DNA of 63,326 nt, filler included, from Bonamia ostreae (taxonomy: Eukaryota): the NCBI GenBank assembly GCA_040357525.1. It is 44 parts of 44 records of this genome, joined end to end, with 100 filler letters (N's around TTAATTAATTAA, not from the genome) between each part and the next. Parts side by side here need not be neighbours in the genome. Positions count along the whole stretch, not along the records: positions 1 to 1,351 come from JBDODL010001976.1; positions 1,452 to 2,802 come from JBDODL010001977.1; positions 2,903 to 4,253 come from JBDODL010001978.1; positions 4,354 to 5,704 come from JBDODL010001979.1; positions 5,805 to 7,155 come from JBDODL010001980.1; positions 7,256 to 8,606 come from JBDODL010001981.1; positions 8,707 to 10,057 come from JBDODL010001982.1; positions 10,158 to 11,507 come from JBDODL010001983.1; 36 more parts are not named here. One strand, given 5' to 3'. The position numbers and the translations under genes are program-made. Positions 1 to 11,808 of the stretch are shown in pieces. The notes under the pieces were generated by a model. That model was given only the letters and a program-made list of their open reading frames with translations. It was not told the origin of the DNA and did not search any database. The number at the start of each line of letters is the position of its first letter. Position 1 is the stretch's first letter.

Positions 1-19
1 TTTAATAAGAAAGTGTACA

Positions 20-573
20 CTATTTATATTTTCTCTCTTTGTATTGTGGTCTTTTGCCGCCCGAATTAAAATTCCGTTTTCGCTTTGGGCGATAGGTGTC
101 CCCGTGGCCCCAACCGCCTCTCTTCGAATCATAATCAGTTCTATGTTCTTCTCTTACTTGCCCTCCGTGTTTGCCGCGGCCAAATTGCCGGCCCTCCTCA
201 AAACCGGGATCCTGGTCGACTCTGATAGTCTTCCCGTCCAACTTCATGTTGTTCAAGTATTTTAACGCGCTTTTGGTATCCTCGGGCGTGTAGTAACTTT
301 GAGGTTGACAATTAATTACTCGACGAAGCAGAATCCGCAGGCTTTGCCGTTAAAGCGATTTTTGCCTAAAATAACTCTTTTGACACTGGCAATTTTCGAG
401 AAAAGAGCGTAGAGCTGTTCTTCAGTGGTGGTGAAGGAGAGGTTGCCTATGTACAAAGTGCATGACGACTGAAGTCTCTCTACGATCTTGTTCCAGCCCT
501 CTTCGCTGTACAGGTTTTTACGAGACTTAAGGTACGGAGAAAGCGCATTCGGGTTAGAATATAAAAACGACAT
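20..573 (-). CDS. NCBP2: Nuclear cap-binding protein subunit 2 (CBP20), 2 exons
   Basis: Motifs [23 protein letters not shown] and [14 protein letters not shown]. Removing the 23-nt GT-AG intron at 297-319 joins the two ORFs in frame. Confidence 0.96.
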
Positions 574-874
574 CAGAGCTTACAATATTAAGATTTTCAA
601 ATATAATTAGAGATTTTTCGAGCTTAAAAAAATTTTAAGCCATTTTATTAAATGTGAAAGTTAAAATCAGCGCAAAATCAGTTTCCGATTTAATGGCAAA
701 ATCAGCGCAACACAAACTCAATTATATTCTGATTTAAAATGCTAACTTTGAAATTTAGCAAAACCGATTATACCGAGGTTCCCTAGAATTCTGAGCCAGA
801 AAGCTAAAACATAAAAGCCATAAAAAAACCCTAAGGGATCTTACTTCCTTTAAAAAAAAGAAAAAAACAAAAAA

Positions 875-1351
875 ATGTCAACTGCTACAACGAACACAGA
901 ACGCGAAAACGCGGCGGAGACAACAACGTCAACGCCACACGAACCCAAAAAGACGAGCAACAGAGCGTCACTTTATGTCGGTTCCGAATTTTATTTTTAA
1001 GGCGATTTGCCCGAGACAGTGATGGAGCAACGTCTTTTCGATATTTTCAACAACGTCGGGAACGTTTCGTCGATCCGAATTTGCCGCGACTCGGAGACTT
1101 TCCGGTCCTTGGGATACGCTTATGTGAACTATCACTCTGCGATGGACGCGAGCAGAGCGATCGATAACCTCAATTTCCTGAAAATAGACGGGCGCGAAAT
1201 AAGGATAATGTGGGCCAATTCGGATTCGTCGGTGAGGAAATCTGGCGTCGGAAACATCTTTGTCAAGAATCTCGACGACAACATTGACAACAAGATTTTG
1301 TACGACACTTTTTCCGTCTTCGGCACCGTCATGTCGAGCAAAGTCGCGCAT
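875..1351 (+). CDS. PABPC1: Polyadenylate-binding protein, 5' part (RRM1 and start of RRM2)
   Basis: Motifs SLYVG|DL, RSLGYAYVNY and RKSGVGNIFVKNLD. A 21-nt intron at 981-1001 contains an in-frame TAA. Truncated by the contig end. Confidence 0.96.
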
Positions 1352-1451
1352 NNNNNNNNNNNNNNNNNNNNNNNNNNNNNNNNNNNNNNNNNNNNTTAAT
1401 TAATTAANNNNNNNNNNNNNNNNNNNNNNNNNNNNNNNNNNNNNNNNNNNN
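1352..1451. other. Artificial contig linker (N44-TTAATTAATTAA-N44), representative of 43 copies
   Basis: The identical 100-nt spacer, with stops in all six frames, recurs every ~1.43-1.45 kb. Contig length falls from 1351 nt (first) to 1330 nt (last). Confidence 0.99.
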
Positions 1452-2750
1452 TAATTTTTCTGTCACAATCTTCAACAATTTCTAATTTTCAAATTTACAA
1501 AAACCAAAACAAAAGAAAACGGGATTTCTTTAACTGTTCTGAAAACCAAATCTTTCTCGTTTCTATCTAAAATTCGCCACAACTCTTGAAAATCCTAAAG
1601 TTTAAAATTTAACATCAATTCTAATCGCTTCGACGACTTTTTTCGTGTTCTCGAATTCAATGTCGGCCAAATTTGACGTGTCGTTTTCGACTTCGCTGGG
1701 CAAAAACTTGTCAAAATTTTTGTCAAAATTTAGCTTTTTGTCTAATTTTTGCTGTTTCGTATTCGAATTTAGGCTTTCGGCTTTTCTCTTGTTATCGCAA
1801 ATTTTGTCCAAAATTATTTCTTTTTCTTTTAGCGATTTGTCCATTTTCTAATTTTATTTTTTCAAAAACAAATTTTTCGACTGAAAAGAACGAACCGTTT
1901 TTTGTCAACAAAACAACTTTTCTGTCAAACAAATCGCCAAAAACTATTCGGCCTTTCGAAAGCTTTAGTTTAAAAATTGGATTTGATCGTTTTTGGACAA
2001 ATCCGTTTTTAAAATTTAGCCAAAATAGTGAAGCTGATCCGTCTTCGTTGACCGTCAGAGACGTCAAAGACTTTTTCTCGTCGTTTTTTATTTTTGGATT
2101 TTCGGCGTTTTTTAGGATTGCTAAATTTATCGGAAAAGTGCATTGCAGAATGCTGAACGGTTCAGTGCTCCGCGATTCTGCGCTCCATAACATCGCTTCA
2201 TGTTCTTTCATGTGCGATGAACTCGATATGATCAACTTTCCGTCTTCGCTCATTTCCAAACTGCTAATCTTCACATTTAAAAATGCTAAATTTTAACATA
2301 AAAAGCTAAATTTTAATATAAAATTGAATTTAATTTGCAAATTTGAAAAATTTTAATTTGTTTAACTTTGTTTAAATGTCCTTTGAAGACATTGCGCAAA
2401 ATGGCGGAACTGCCATTTAAATCGAAAAGAGCGATTTTCTTGTCGGCGACGGCGAGAAGATTGTTGCCAAAGGCCAAGCGCTCCGGCAAAAAGGCGTTCG
2501 GGGACCAATCGTTAACGATTTTTTTGGTTTCCAGAGAAGCTTCGAAAATTCGACCTTTTCCGTTTGTTGAAATGGCGGAAATAAAGAGTTTATGGTCGCC
2601 GTCAAAAGCGATGTCAGTGGAAACGAAGTCGGATAAAATTTGTTTTTTGGGTAAAATAAGCGATTTTCTGTTCGAGGTTAAGTCGATTATCGAAATGTTT
2701 ATTGATTGGCCCAGAGCAATTAGTTTTAAATGAGTTTTGTCGTTTTCGGT
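1452..2750 (-). CDS. WD40-repeat protein, internal fragment with several introns
   Basis: Splicing a GTT..AG intron at 2269-2366 gives FKGHLNK|ISSLEMSEDGKLIISSSS...LWS, a GH-WD repeat pattern. Other exon boundaries are unresolved. Confidence 0.6.
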
Positions 2751-3097
2751 CTAAAAATCGATTTATTTTTATATTTTTTTGTTCGTTTTTAAATAAACAA
2801 AANNNNNNNNNNNNNNNNNNNNNNNNNNNNNNNNNNNNNNNNNNNNTTAATTAATTAANNNNNNNNNNNNNNNNNNNNNNNNNNNNNNNNNNNNNNNNNN
2901 NNTCAATTGCACTTTTATATTTACTCAAAACTGATTTTTTGTACTTTCCAAATAGCAAAAGCGGCGTCGAAGAATCAAAAAGCAACGGCGTTGTGTTATT
3001 AACATAGATTTTTCTCACAAAAATGTTATTTCAGAACAACAAAATTTCGATCAAACAAGATTTTGAATAAAAATTTACGTAGAAAATTCGATCAAAT

Positions 3098-4253
3098 TTA
3101 ATTGTCGCGCCACAACATGTGCTGCTGATTTTGCACAAGAAAAACGGCAATTTGCTGCAACACAATAACATTCCTCATTACTTTCTTCAAAGCGTAAAAA
3201 TACGCGTTCAGCCCCCACAACAACCTGTACTGCTCAAACGACACGTCTTGTTTAATTATGCTCCACTTTTTCCTCGTGCCCAAAAACTTCTTCACCGCTT
3301 CAAAGTACATATCAAAATTTTCCATTATCTTCTTTTTATGTTAAAGTTTTGTTGGACTAATCGCACAAAATTATCAAAATTATCAAATTATCAAAACATC
3401 ACAAAATTCTCTCGTTTTGTCAAAATCGTCTTCAAACTTTTTCTCCAAACATTTTTTGGGCGTTTTCATGGCTTCGATTATATTCTCCAGCGATTCTTTG
3501 ATACTGTTCTTTCAACATAATTGATTTCACAAAACAGCCATTTTTACAAAAAAAACAAAAATGGTTTCATAGTCCAAACAAATGATCTCATATTGCGCCG
3601 TGTTCTTGATTTCGCAGTCGTTCAGAGCGTGCGCCGAAACAATGACAAAATTGGACAGATTTGCCGTCGCTTCTATTATCTCCTTCAGATTCGCCGGACT
3701 GACGTTTTTGAAGTAGAGCTCCGGCTCGTTCTCCGCTTCTCCTTGCAACTTTCAATTGTTTTTTGAAGTGCAAAAAACCTCCGACATTATTTGATGATTG
3801 CTCTTGAAAGCGTACAATTTGTCGTTCAATGTGCACATCCTCGCGCTGTTGAATTCTGTTTCGGTGTGACAAATTGTAACAATGTTGGATTATGGAAACT
3901 GTCGAGAGAAGGGGGTTCCCAGCTGATGACCAAATCGTTGTCCAGAACGATTTCTTTCACCATTTCGAAGGTTTCTTTGCCCTCGAAATCTTTGCTCTGG
4001 ACGCCGCGGAAAACGGTTTTCTGCTCTTCGAGAATTTGGCAGATCATCGAAAACTCTTCCTCGATTTTGATGAGGATCAAAGAAGCCGCTCTCTTCGCGT
4101 TCGCGATCATCAAAAAGACGATCGACAGCGAAACGCCTCCGATCGTTCTGTTCAGTTAGAAAATAACATTTTGATGACTCTGAAGACGCTCTCGTTGATG
4201 TCGTCGGCCGAGCTGTAATCTGTCAACATTACGCTGCAAGCAATGAATGAGCT
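3098..4253 (-). CDS. Hypothetical multi-exon protein, 3' part (compact eukaryote)
   Basis: Consecutive minus-strand ORF pieces can be linked by short GTT..AG introns such as gttattttctaactgaacag. No family recognised. Confidence 0.4.
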
Positions 4254-4354
4254 NNNNNNNNNNNNNNNNNNNNNNNNNNNNNNNNNNNNNNNNNNNNTTA
4301 ATTAATTAANNNNNNNNNNNNNNNNNNNNNNNNNNNNNNNNNNNNNNNNNNNNG

Positions 4355-4486
4355 TCTTACGGGCTAAACCTCTTATTCACAAGTATTGTGATTTGGATTT
4401 ACGCAATCATGCTCGCGCTCATGGCCGGATTGCTATATTTCAAGCGGGAGATATATTTGAGCAAAGCAGAAAAAACGCAGTGTTAA
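4355..4486 (+). CDS. C-terminal end of a membrane protein
   Basis: Open frame from the contig start: SYGLNLLFTSIVIWIYAIMLALMAGLLYFKREIYLSKAEKTQC*, with a hydrophobic helix. Confidence 0.45.
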   Translation, partial: SYGLNLLFTSIVIWIYAIMLALMAGLLYFKREIYLSKAEKTQC

Positions 4487-4553
4487 ATAAAAATAATGTT
4501 GTCAAACAAAAATCATTCGTCAAATAAAAATAATGTCCCATAAAAATGTAAAA

Positions 4554-4764
4554 GGGGCGATGGCTCAGCGGTTCGGACCAAGTGGGCGCATTCGTGCGGG
4601 CATGGGTTCGAATCTCGGTGCTGTCGTTTCCAAACTGATGTAAAGAAGATTTTATTCGAACTTGTAATTTGACTGAGGTTGCCCCTAGAAACTTCGGACC
4701 TTGAATGTCTGCGCTAGACGATGGACGGTCAGGTCGGGGTCGTGAGTCCCCAAATTGCAAATTA
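4554..4764 (+). mobile_element. tRNA-derived SINE, apparently full-length copy
   Basis: A box TGGCTCAGCGG (4561-4571), B box GGTTCGAATCT (4605-4615) and an A-rich end. Flanking direct repeat AAAAATGTAAAA at 4542-4553 and 4765-4776. The 3' half recurs at 15276-15478. Confidence 0.8.
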
Positions 4765-4820
4765 AAAAATGTAAAATAAAAAATGGAATGTGTATGTTTA
4801 CGTGCCAAGTTGAATTTCTT

Positions 4821-5051
4821 TCATTTCTGTGGCCGATTGAGAGTACTTTTATTTTGAAGAAAAACCCAGCTGTCCTTTTTGTTTTTTTCGTCAAAATAAT
4901 AGCGGTACGAAATTCCGAGCACGAACGGCGAGAATCCAATTGCGAAGATCAACATGTCTCTGCACATGACGATTCCGCGCGTGTAGAATTCCTGGTTGAA
5001 CGTAAATTTTTTAAAATCCAATTGGCTGCGAGGCACGGATCTCATCGTCAA
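4821..5051 (-). CDS. Small single-TM hypothetical protein
   Basis: 76-aa ORF with one hydrophobic segment (MLIFAIGFSPFVLGISY). No family recognised. Confidence 0.4.
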   Translation of the reverse strand: MTMRSVPRSQLDFKKFTFNQEFYTRGIVMCRDMLIFAIGFSPFVLGISYRYYFDEKNKKDSWVFLQNKSTLNRPQK

Positions 5052-6065
5052 GCCCTGTTTGGATCGGAGTTAGTGATTAGAGCTTAAAACATATGTGTTG
5101 TGGATATCGTCTCTTAAGTGGGCTTTCAGAATTTGGGTTCTGACGTTTGGGAAGAAAGGAGTGAGTTTAGGCATTTTCACAGCTTCTGTGAGGTATATGT
5201 AATTTCGTTAATGTTTTAAAATTAGCCAGAAATATCAGAAGACGTTTCACATTAAATTTAAAGGGTTGCAAAAACGTTTTCACACCAGATTATTTTAAAT
5301 TTGATCATTTCACATTTTACATCATTCTTCTTTTATCTTTTGAGAACGGGAGACGGTTTGATATCGAAGATTTTAGTTTTTAGGTTTAATCAATTGGAAA
5401 ATAATTTATTTTACATTAAATTGAAAATATAAAATATTTTTATTCGTCGGTTCATATTTGGTCTAAACTAGCCAAGCTGACGTGGTGTTTGTTATGGAAA
5501 CTCAACATTTCGAAGGATTTGCGCATATCGATATATTCGTTTGTCTCAGAGTATATAAAATATCTTTACATCGAGTTTTCAGTCAATGTTATTTGATTGC
5601 CCGAACCCAAAAGGCTGTATAACTGGTTCAGGGGGTCTTTTGTTGGAATCAATATAAAATTGCTTTTAACAAAAATTGTTTTTCGAATTTTTTATTTTTG
5701 TTAANNNNNNNNNNNNNNNNNNNNNNNNNNNNNNNNNNNNNNNNNNNNTTAATTAATTAANNNNNNNNNNNNNNNNNNNNNNNNNNNNNNNNNNNNNNNN
5801 NNNNCCTGCAAGTTTGTTGAAATCGAGTGATAGAATGCCAAATGTACAAGAACATGAAAAAACTTATATTATGTGAGCGAACGGGTAAGTTCTATATACC
5901 TTTTGGATCTCTGTTGCAAGATGGTCATAATGTAAAAAGTAACAAATAAAATATATTTCCGTGTTTTTCAACCGTTTAAAAGCAATAAAGTATATGGATA
6001 ATGTAAATTGTAGTTTTCATTATACAAAATATAATTTCTTGAATATTTATGATAGGAAGTCTCAC

Positions 6066-7155
6066 CTACACTTGGAGTAAAGTAGACAGGAGTGGTTGAT
6101 GTAGTTAAAGTTGTTCTCGGAGAGGACTGTATTGAAGATGATGGTGAGCTGTTGATGGGGACTTTTAATATCGTACTGGTGTTCATTATGGTTTGTGCTA
6201 CATTACTTTGGGTACTGGTAAATGAAACTGGTTCATTACTGCTGGTGCTGATATCTGAAACTGGTTCATTACTGAAGATGCTGATATATGAAACTGGTTC
6301 ATTACTGTTGTTACTGGTATTTGGAACTGGTTCATTACTGCTGACATTGANNNNNNNNNNNNNNNNNNNNNNNNNNNNNNNNNNNNNNNNNNNNNNNNNN
6401 NNNNNNNNNNNNNNNNNNNNNNNNNNNNNNNNNNNNNNNNNNNNNNNNNNTATCTGAAACTGGTGCATTACTGTTGGTACTGATATCTGAAACTGGTGCA
6501 TTACTACTGGCACTGGTATCTGAAACTGGTTCATTACTGCTGGTGCTAATATCTAAAACTGTTGCATTACTGCTGGTGCTGATATCTGAAACTGGTGCAT
6601 TACTGTTGGTACTGATATCTGAAACTGGTGCATTACTGCTGGTATTGGTATCTGAAACTGGTTCATTACTGTTGGTACTGGTATCTGAAACTGGTGTATT
6701 ACTCTTGGTACTGATATCTGAAACTGGTTCATAACTGCTGACACTGGTATCTGAAACTGGTGCATTACTGTTGGTACTGATATCTGAAACTAGTTCATTA
6801 CGGCTGGTGCTGATATCTGAAACTGGTTCATTACTGCTGGCACTGGTATCTGAAACTGGTTCATTATTGCTGGTGCTGATATCTAAAAGTGGTGCATTAC
6901 TGCTGGTGCTGATATATGATACTGGTTTATTACTGTTGTTACTGGTATTTGGAACTGGTTCATTACTGCTGGTGCTGATATCAAAATCTGGTGCATTACT
7001 ACTGGTGCTGATATCTAAAACTGGTTCATCATTGCTGGTGCTGATATCTAAAACTGGTGCATTACTGCTGGTGCTGATATCTGAAACTGGTTCATTATTG
7101 TTGTTACTGGTATTTGGAACTGGTGCACTGCTTTGTAGACTGTTGAGTAATACTG
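6066..7155 (-). CDS. Mucin-like Ser/Thr-rich exon built from a 33-bp tandem repeat (animal-type contig)
   Basis: A stop-free frame encodes (ISTSSNEPVSD)n on both sides of an internal N gap and ends at a canonical AG|GTGAG donor (6065). Confidence 0.65.
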
Positions 7156-7394
7156 NNNNNNNNNNNNNNNNNNNNNNNNNNNNNNNNNNNNNNNNNNNNT
7201 TAATTAATTAANNNNNNNNNNNNNNNNNNNNNNNNNNNNNNNNNNNNNNNNNNNNTAATCAGATAATTGGCTGTTAAGATTAATGAGCCTTTTGTATCAT
7301 CATCAATGCGAATTCCTTACAATTTAGATAATAACTCTGTTTTGTGACAGACAGTATTTTTGTATTTTTTTAAATATTATTTGCATTCGTTTAG

Positions 7395-7910
7395 ATGTTG
7401 GAGAATATCACTGACACGACAAGCATCAAATCGTTGGAGCTTCTTGAAAGATTCTTGAAACTATGTGTGAAAGGTGTGGTGTGTGAAGTGTTCGGGTAGG
7501 TTTTTCTCATTCTCGTTTTTAAACGTAACCTGCAAATTCTTAATATTTGATGAATATGTCGATTGTGTAATTTCTAACCTCTATAGGGTACATTAAATAC
7601 AATGAAGTGTGCATAAAATCAAATAGTAGCCCATTTTACATCTCTTATTCACAATGCGCTGTATATACATTACCTGTGCAAGATGTTAATAGTATGCTAT
7701 CCCACTATCGCATTTTCGTTGATCCAGGAAGAAGATGAGTTGTAATAACTGCGAGTCAGACATAGTGGACCAACCGGTGAAACTGCCTTGTGATCACGAT
7801 ATTTGCCTTAAATGCTACAAAGAAACCTCAATTCTGGAAAAGACTATGTGTCCTGTTTGTAAAAAAGCCTTTTCAAAAGACTTTACATACAGTTCCACTG
7901 ATATAAAAAG
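7395..7910 (+). CDS. RNF213: RNF213-like E3 ligase, two exons including the RING (7395-7495, 7728-7910)
   Basis: Phase-compatible exons. CxxC..PVKLPCDHDICLKC..CPVC....DF resembles the RNF213 RING as recalled. Confidence 0.65.
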
Positions 7911-8759
7911 GTATATAATGTGAAATTTATCACCTGCATTGTATCATTGGATTAATGTTGGACATATGTAGCGAAATTCGTTCTCAAAGAAACTTAGATT
8001 CTGAGCGATGATTACGTTAATAGGAATAACTTACGATTTACAACCAATCTAAACAATCGTGCCTTTCATCATTAATTGTACAACACGTGCAACTTACCCT
8101 TGGTATATTTCATTTCAACTCAGAATCAGCGTGTGTTATTGAGTGTAGTAAATTTGAAAGAATAAGGAACAGGACACACAAAATTAATGAAATTATTATT
8201 AGCTTTATTAACTATAAACAGTACATCAAAAGTACGGCTTAAACATACACAGTCTACATTTAAGTATGATATTCCCATTCCGCTATAAAACTGATAGTAA
8301 ATGGGGATTTTAAAACACTGTAAAGGGAGAATTTTTCGTGTTATAGAACCAGTCACAACCGGAATCCTCAAATTGAGAAAGCTGGTGCTGATATTTCAAT
8401 GTACATGTAAGCGGTATTAGAAATATAGATAAAAGCATTAAATGATTATTCTTTGATAGAGTTTGTACAAATAGCATTCATCATTCTATAGACAATAACG
8501 CGCTAAGGCTTGTTACTCGATTTGTTTCCATATTCTATTACAGTTATTGCAAAGATAAAAAGACTTCCGCAGTCATTATTCTGCGACATCCTTTGTACGT
8601 AATAACNNNNNNNNNNNNNNNNNNNNNNNNNNNNNNNNNNNNNNNNNNNNTTAATTAATTAANNNNNNNNNNNNNNNNNNNNNNNNNNNNNNNNNNNNNN
8701 NNNNNNAGACATTATTTACATACACTATTCCTTTCCAATTTGAATACATCTCAGATTAA

Positions 8760-8960
8760 ATCTTCTATTCTCCATCAATACTGTTTGACACGTTTTGCAT
8801 TCTTCACCAACTTCTCATCATCAAAGATGTCACACCTAGTCAAATGAAACAAGTCATAGCTTCCGTAGTTCATATGTTTCATGGCATGTTTAAATTTTGA
8901 GACATACTTAAAAGTTTGTTCACATGCCTCCGTGTTCAAATTGTTGAATTCAGGAACTTC
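8760..8960 (-). pseudogene. Degraded KDZ-like transposase C-terminal fragment
   Basis: LNTEACEQTFKYVSKFKHAMKHMN resembles the NTE..EQ.F motif of KDZ-type transposases. Stop codons lie upstream. Confidence 0.35.
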
Positions 8961-10342
8961 CTATCCAGAACACTATTTCTACTCTCAACCATTGCACGCA
9001 TTGCATATGTCCTCGAATGAAGAAGCATTTCTATACCTAAGCATATTTATTGAACAGATTACAATTTAATGTTACGTCTTACTTAAGTTATTGCTAGCAT
9101 GCAGTTATTAAGAAATCATGAATTACAAAAATTCAAATTTTATTTCAAAATTCAATATTGGGGTTCCTTGCCTGTCACGATCAATGGAATAAATTAGTCC
9201 GTTTTCAAAAACTGTATCTCGGGTGCTGACGGAGTACTTCTGCTTTAAAGAATTTTGTAATAACCTTCCATATTCCCTCAATTTTTAGAATTTAGATAAC
9301 AGGCAGTCTTGCATTCCCTACAGATGCCTACATGCAATACCCCTGAAATTCCACCCGCATTCCCTTCGAATACAGTGCATTTGGCAAATTCTTAGACCAA
9401 TATTTACATTGCAGGTAAAATTTCCAGACAGAAGTTCTCTCTCTACACTTTCCTTGCTTCATTGAAATATCCTACATCAGTCATTTTTTTCAAAATATCT
9501 GGTAGTAGTCTTCTTTATTCTTCATATTCCTTGGGAAAATATGTAACAAATGTTGGCATGTTAGGATAGCTTGGAGGCGACNNNNNNNNNNGTCTCAGTA
9601 CAACATTGAAGTTCATGCCTGAATTCCAATAACATAGGTCTACGATGTATCCGTTGAAAAACCTGTTTACATTCATGAACGTTATATTTTGTTGTGTAAT
9701 GACGTTAGTCAATTGTTGACGGAATTGGTGTAACATTTGTTACGTCACATTAATAACAACTCGTGACGCTGTCATTCAAAATCACACCACTTACGACGCA
9801 AGGGTCTTGATAGCAGGACCTGAGGAATGGCTTCCATGTTTAACTCGAATTACGTATCCCCATTTGGGAGGTATTCGATGCAAAAACGGGAAAACTTTTA
9901 GACAATATATCCTCAGCAAACAGCATACCACCCGAATTCCTGCTTCCGCCGGTTTTGTCAGCATGCTAAAACTTTTTAGAAAAATCCGTTGTGTGTCCTT
10001 GGGGAACGTGGAAACAGCCTCACGCAACCATTACAAACACTATAATGATTCGATATCNNNNNNNNNNNNNNNNNNNNNNNNNNNNNNNNNNNNNNNNNNN
10101 NTTAATTAATTAANNNNNNNNNNNNNNNNNNNNNNNNNNNNNNNNNNNNNNNNNNNNATAAAGAATATCAAAAAAGAGAGTTTGTTTGCGACAATCAAAT
10201 GCACTTTTTCTACAATAAAATTTGCCATTTTCCCCAAAAAATTTTGAGTTTTTTCATTACGATTTTGATTTGTCATTGGAGTTTTTAAGTTGCTAATCCA
10301 ATTTTATTTTTATGAAAGAGTTTGAGCCAATTTGTGGATTTA

Positions 10343-11270
10343 TCACATGCACTGGTCCTGTTCTCTTGGCCTCGGAGCACATCTTATGATATCGTCAGTG
10401 TGAACAATCATTTGAACTGCTTCGTGCGCTTTGTCTAGAATCGAATCTTTCAGGAGAAACGGCTCGATCACATTCAGTTCCGACATGTCACCTATTCTAC
10501 CCTTTTCGATGTCCAACCCGGCCGTCGTGTCGTTCTTTTTTGTAAATTGTCTCGAAAACTCGATAATGAGCAGAACGCAAATTAGCGACGATTTCGGCTC
10601 GGTCTAAACCCGCGTTTCCAGCGACAACGGCCACCAATTCTTTCAAAGCGCCCGCAAACGATTCGACTGCCAATTGCTTTAAACCGAAAAATCAAATTTA
10701 AGTCGAATTTCGAAAAGTTATTGTGCTCAAAAAACTTCTTTTCCGCCAATGCCAGGAGCAAGTCTTTCGATATCTTTGGCCATTCTGATTTCGGAGCAGC
10801 CCCCGCCGAAAATAGTCCTTCCGTCCTTAAAATTTAGCAAATCGAACTCTTGCCACCAGCGACACAACACAAAGAGCATCGTGAATGGCCCTTTCGACTT
10901 CGTCCAACAAATCTGTTTTATTATTCGTTGGCCATTGAAAAATTTTGCATCAAAGTTTTAAATTTAACGTGAACTGGCTCCTCTTAAAACGATCGTGCAC
11001 GCTTTCCCCTGTTCGACTCCGGAGAAATGGATCATTTTTTCGTCTCCGACCATTATTTCTTCTATCAATTTGCAATGTCCCAATTTGGTCTTTTCCGGGT
11101 TGTCGAATGTCGAAGCTATTTCAGCTCCCAAAGAGAGCGCCTTTTAATTTAAATTGGTTCAAACGAGTCTTTCGATTCCTTCGAAGTCAGCGTGTTCAAT
11201 GGCCATGACGTTTTTGTCGGCGAATAGTTGTTCAGGATAATTGTAAATTAGTTGGCGATTCACAAAACAG
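10343..11270 (-). CDS. CCT2: Chaperonin CCT subunit beta, 3' part (6 exons)
   Basis: Motifs [37 protein letters not shown] and [12 protein letters not shown]. Introns at 11141-11164, 10913-10968, 10826-10847, 10677-10735 and 10535-10559 all start GTT and restore the frame. Missed by the ORF track. Confidence 0.95.
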
Positions 11271-11281
11271 CTAAATTTGGC

Positions 11282-11500
11282 AAAATTTTTTGATTTAAAC
11301 TTGCGAAAAATTGCCAATTCTCGAATTTTTGATAAAAAATTTTTGATTTAAAATTGCGAAAAAATTGCCAATTCTCGAATTTTTGATAAAAATTTTTTGA
11401 TTTAAAATTGCGAAAAAATTGCCAATTCTCGAATTTTTGATAAAAATTTTTTATTTAAAATTGCGAAAAAATTGCCAATTCTCGAATTTTTGATAGAAAA
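11282..11500. repeat. ~54-bp minisatellite (4 copies) inside a CCT2 intron
   Basis: TTGCCAATTC recurs at 11311, 11365, 11419 and 11472. Confidence 0.9.
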
Positions 11501-11607
11501 ACTTTATNNNNNNNNNNNNNNNNNNNNNNNNNNNNNNNNNNNNNNNNNNNNTTAATTAATTAANNNNNNNNNNNNNNNNNNNNNNNNNNNNNNNNNNNNN
11601 NNNNNNN

Positions 11608-11770
11608 ACTTTTTTTGATCGATTATTTCAAAATAAAATTTTTTTGACCAATTTTTTCGACTTTTTATTTAGACTAAAATTTTTTTGACCAACTTTTTTT
11701 GATCGATTATTTCAAAATAAAATTTTTTTGACCAACTTTTTTGATCGATTATTTCTAAATAAAATTTTTT
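11608..11770. repeat. ~41-43-bp AT-rich minisatellite, probably intronic
   Basis: The unit aactttttttgatcgattatttcaaaataaaattttttgacc is repeated about 4 times with variation. Confidence 0.8.
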
Positions 11771-11808
11771 AAAATTTATTCTAAAAGAAAATTTTGAGCC
11801 AATTAAAA

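Noticed and set aside
981-1001. Stop-codon reassignment as the explanation for in-frame stops in conserved genes
   Set aside because: Each stop lies in a GT-AG segment whose removal restores the conserved alignment. TAA, TAG and TGA all terminate genes here.
1352-1451. Regularly spaced TTAATTAATTAA as a biological repeat or CRISPR-like array
   Set aside because: It is always embedded in 44+44 Ns and is an artificial six-frame stop linker. ORFs ending in X...LIN are artefacts.
4554-4627. Functional tRNA gene
   Set aside because: The acceptor and T stems pair poorly and there is no anticodon arm. The TSD and second copy favour a SINE.
6092-7211. Plus-strand Leu/Val-rich ORFs (LLLVLISETG)n as membrane proteins
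   Set aside because: They are antisense shadows of the 33-bp repeat. The minus frame is stop-free and ends at a canonical donor.
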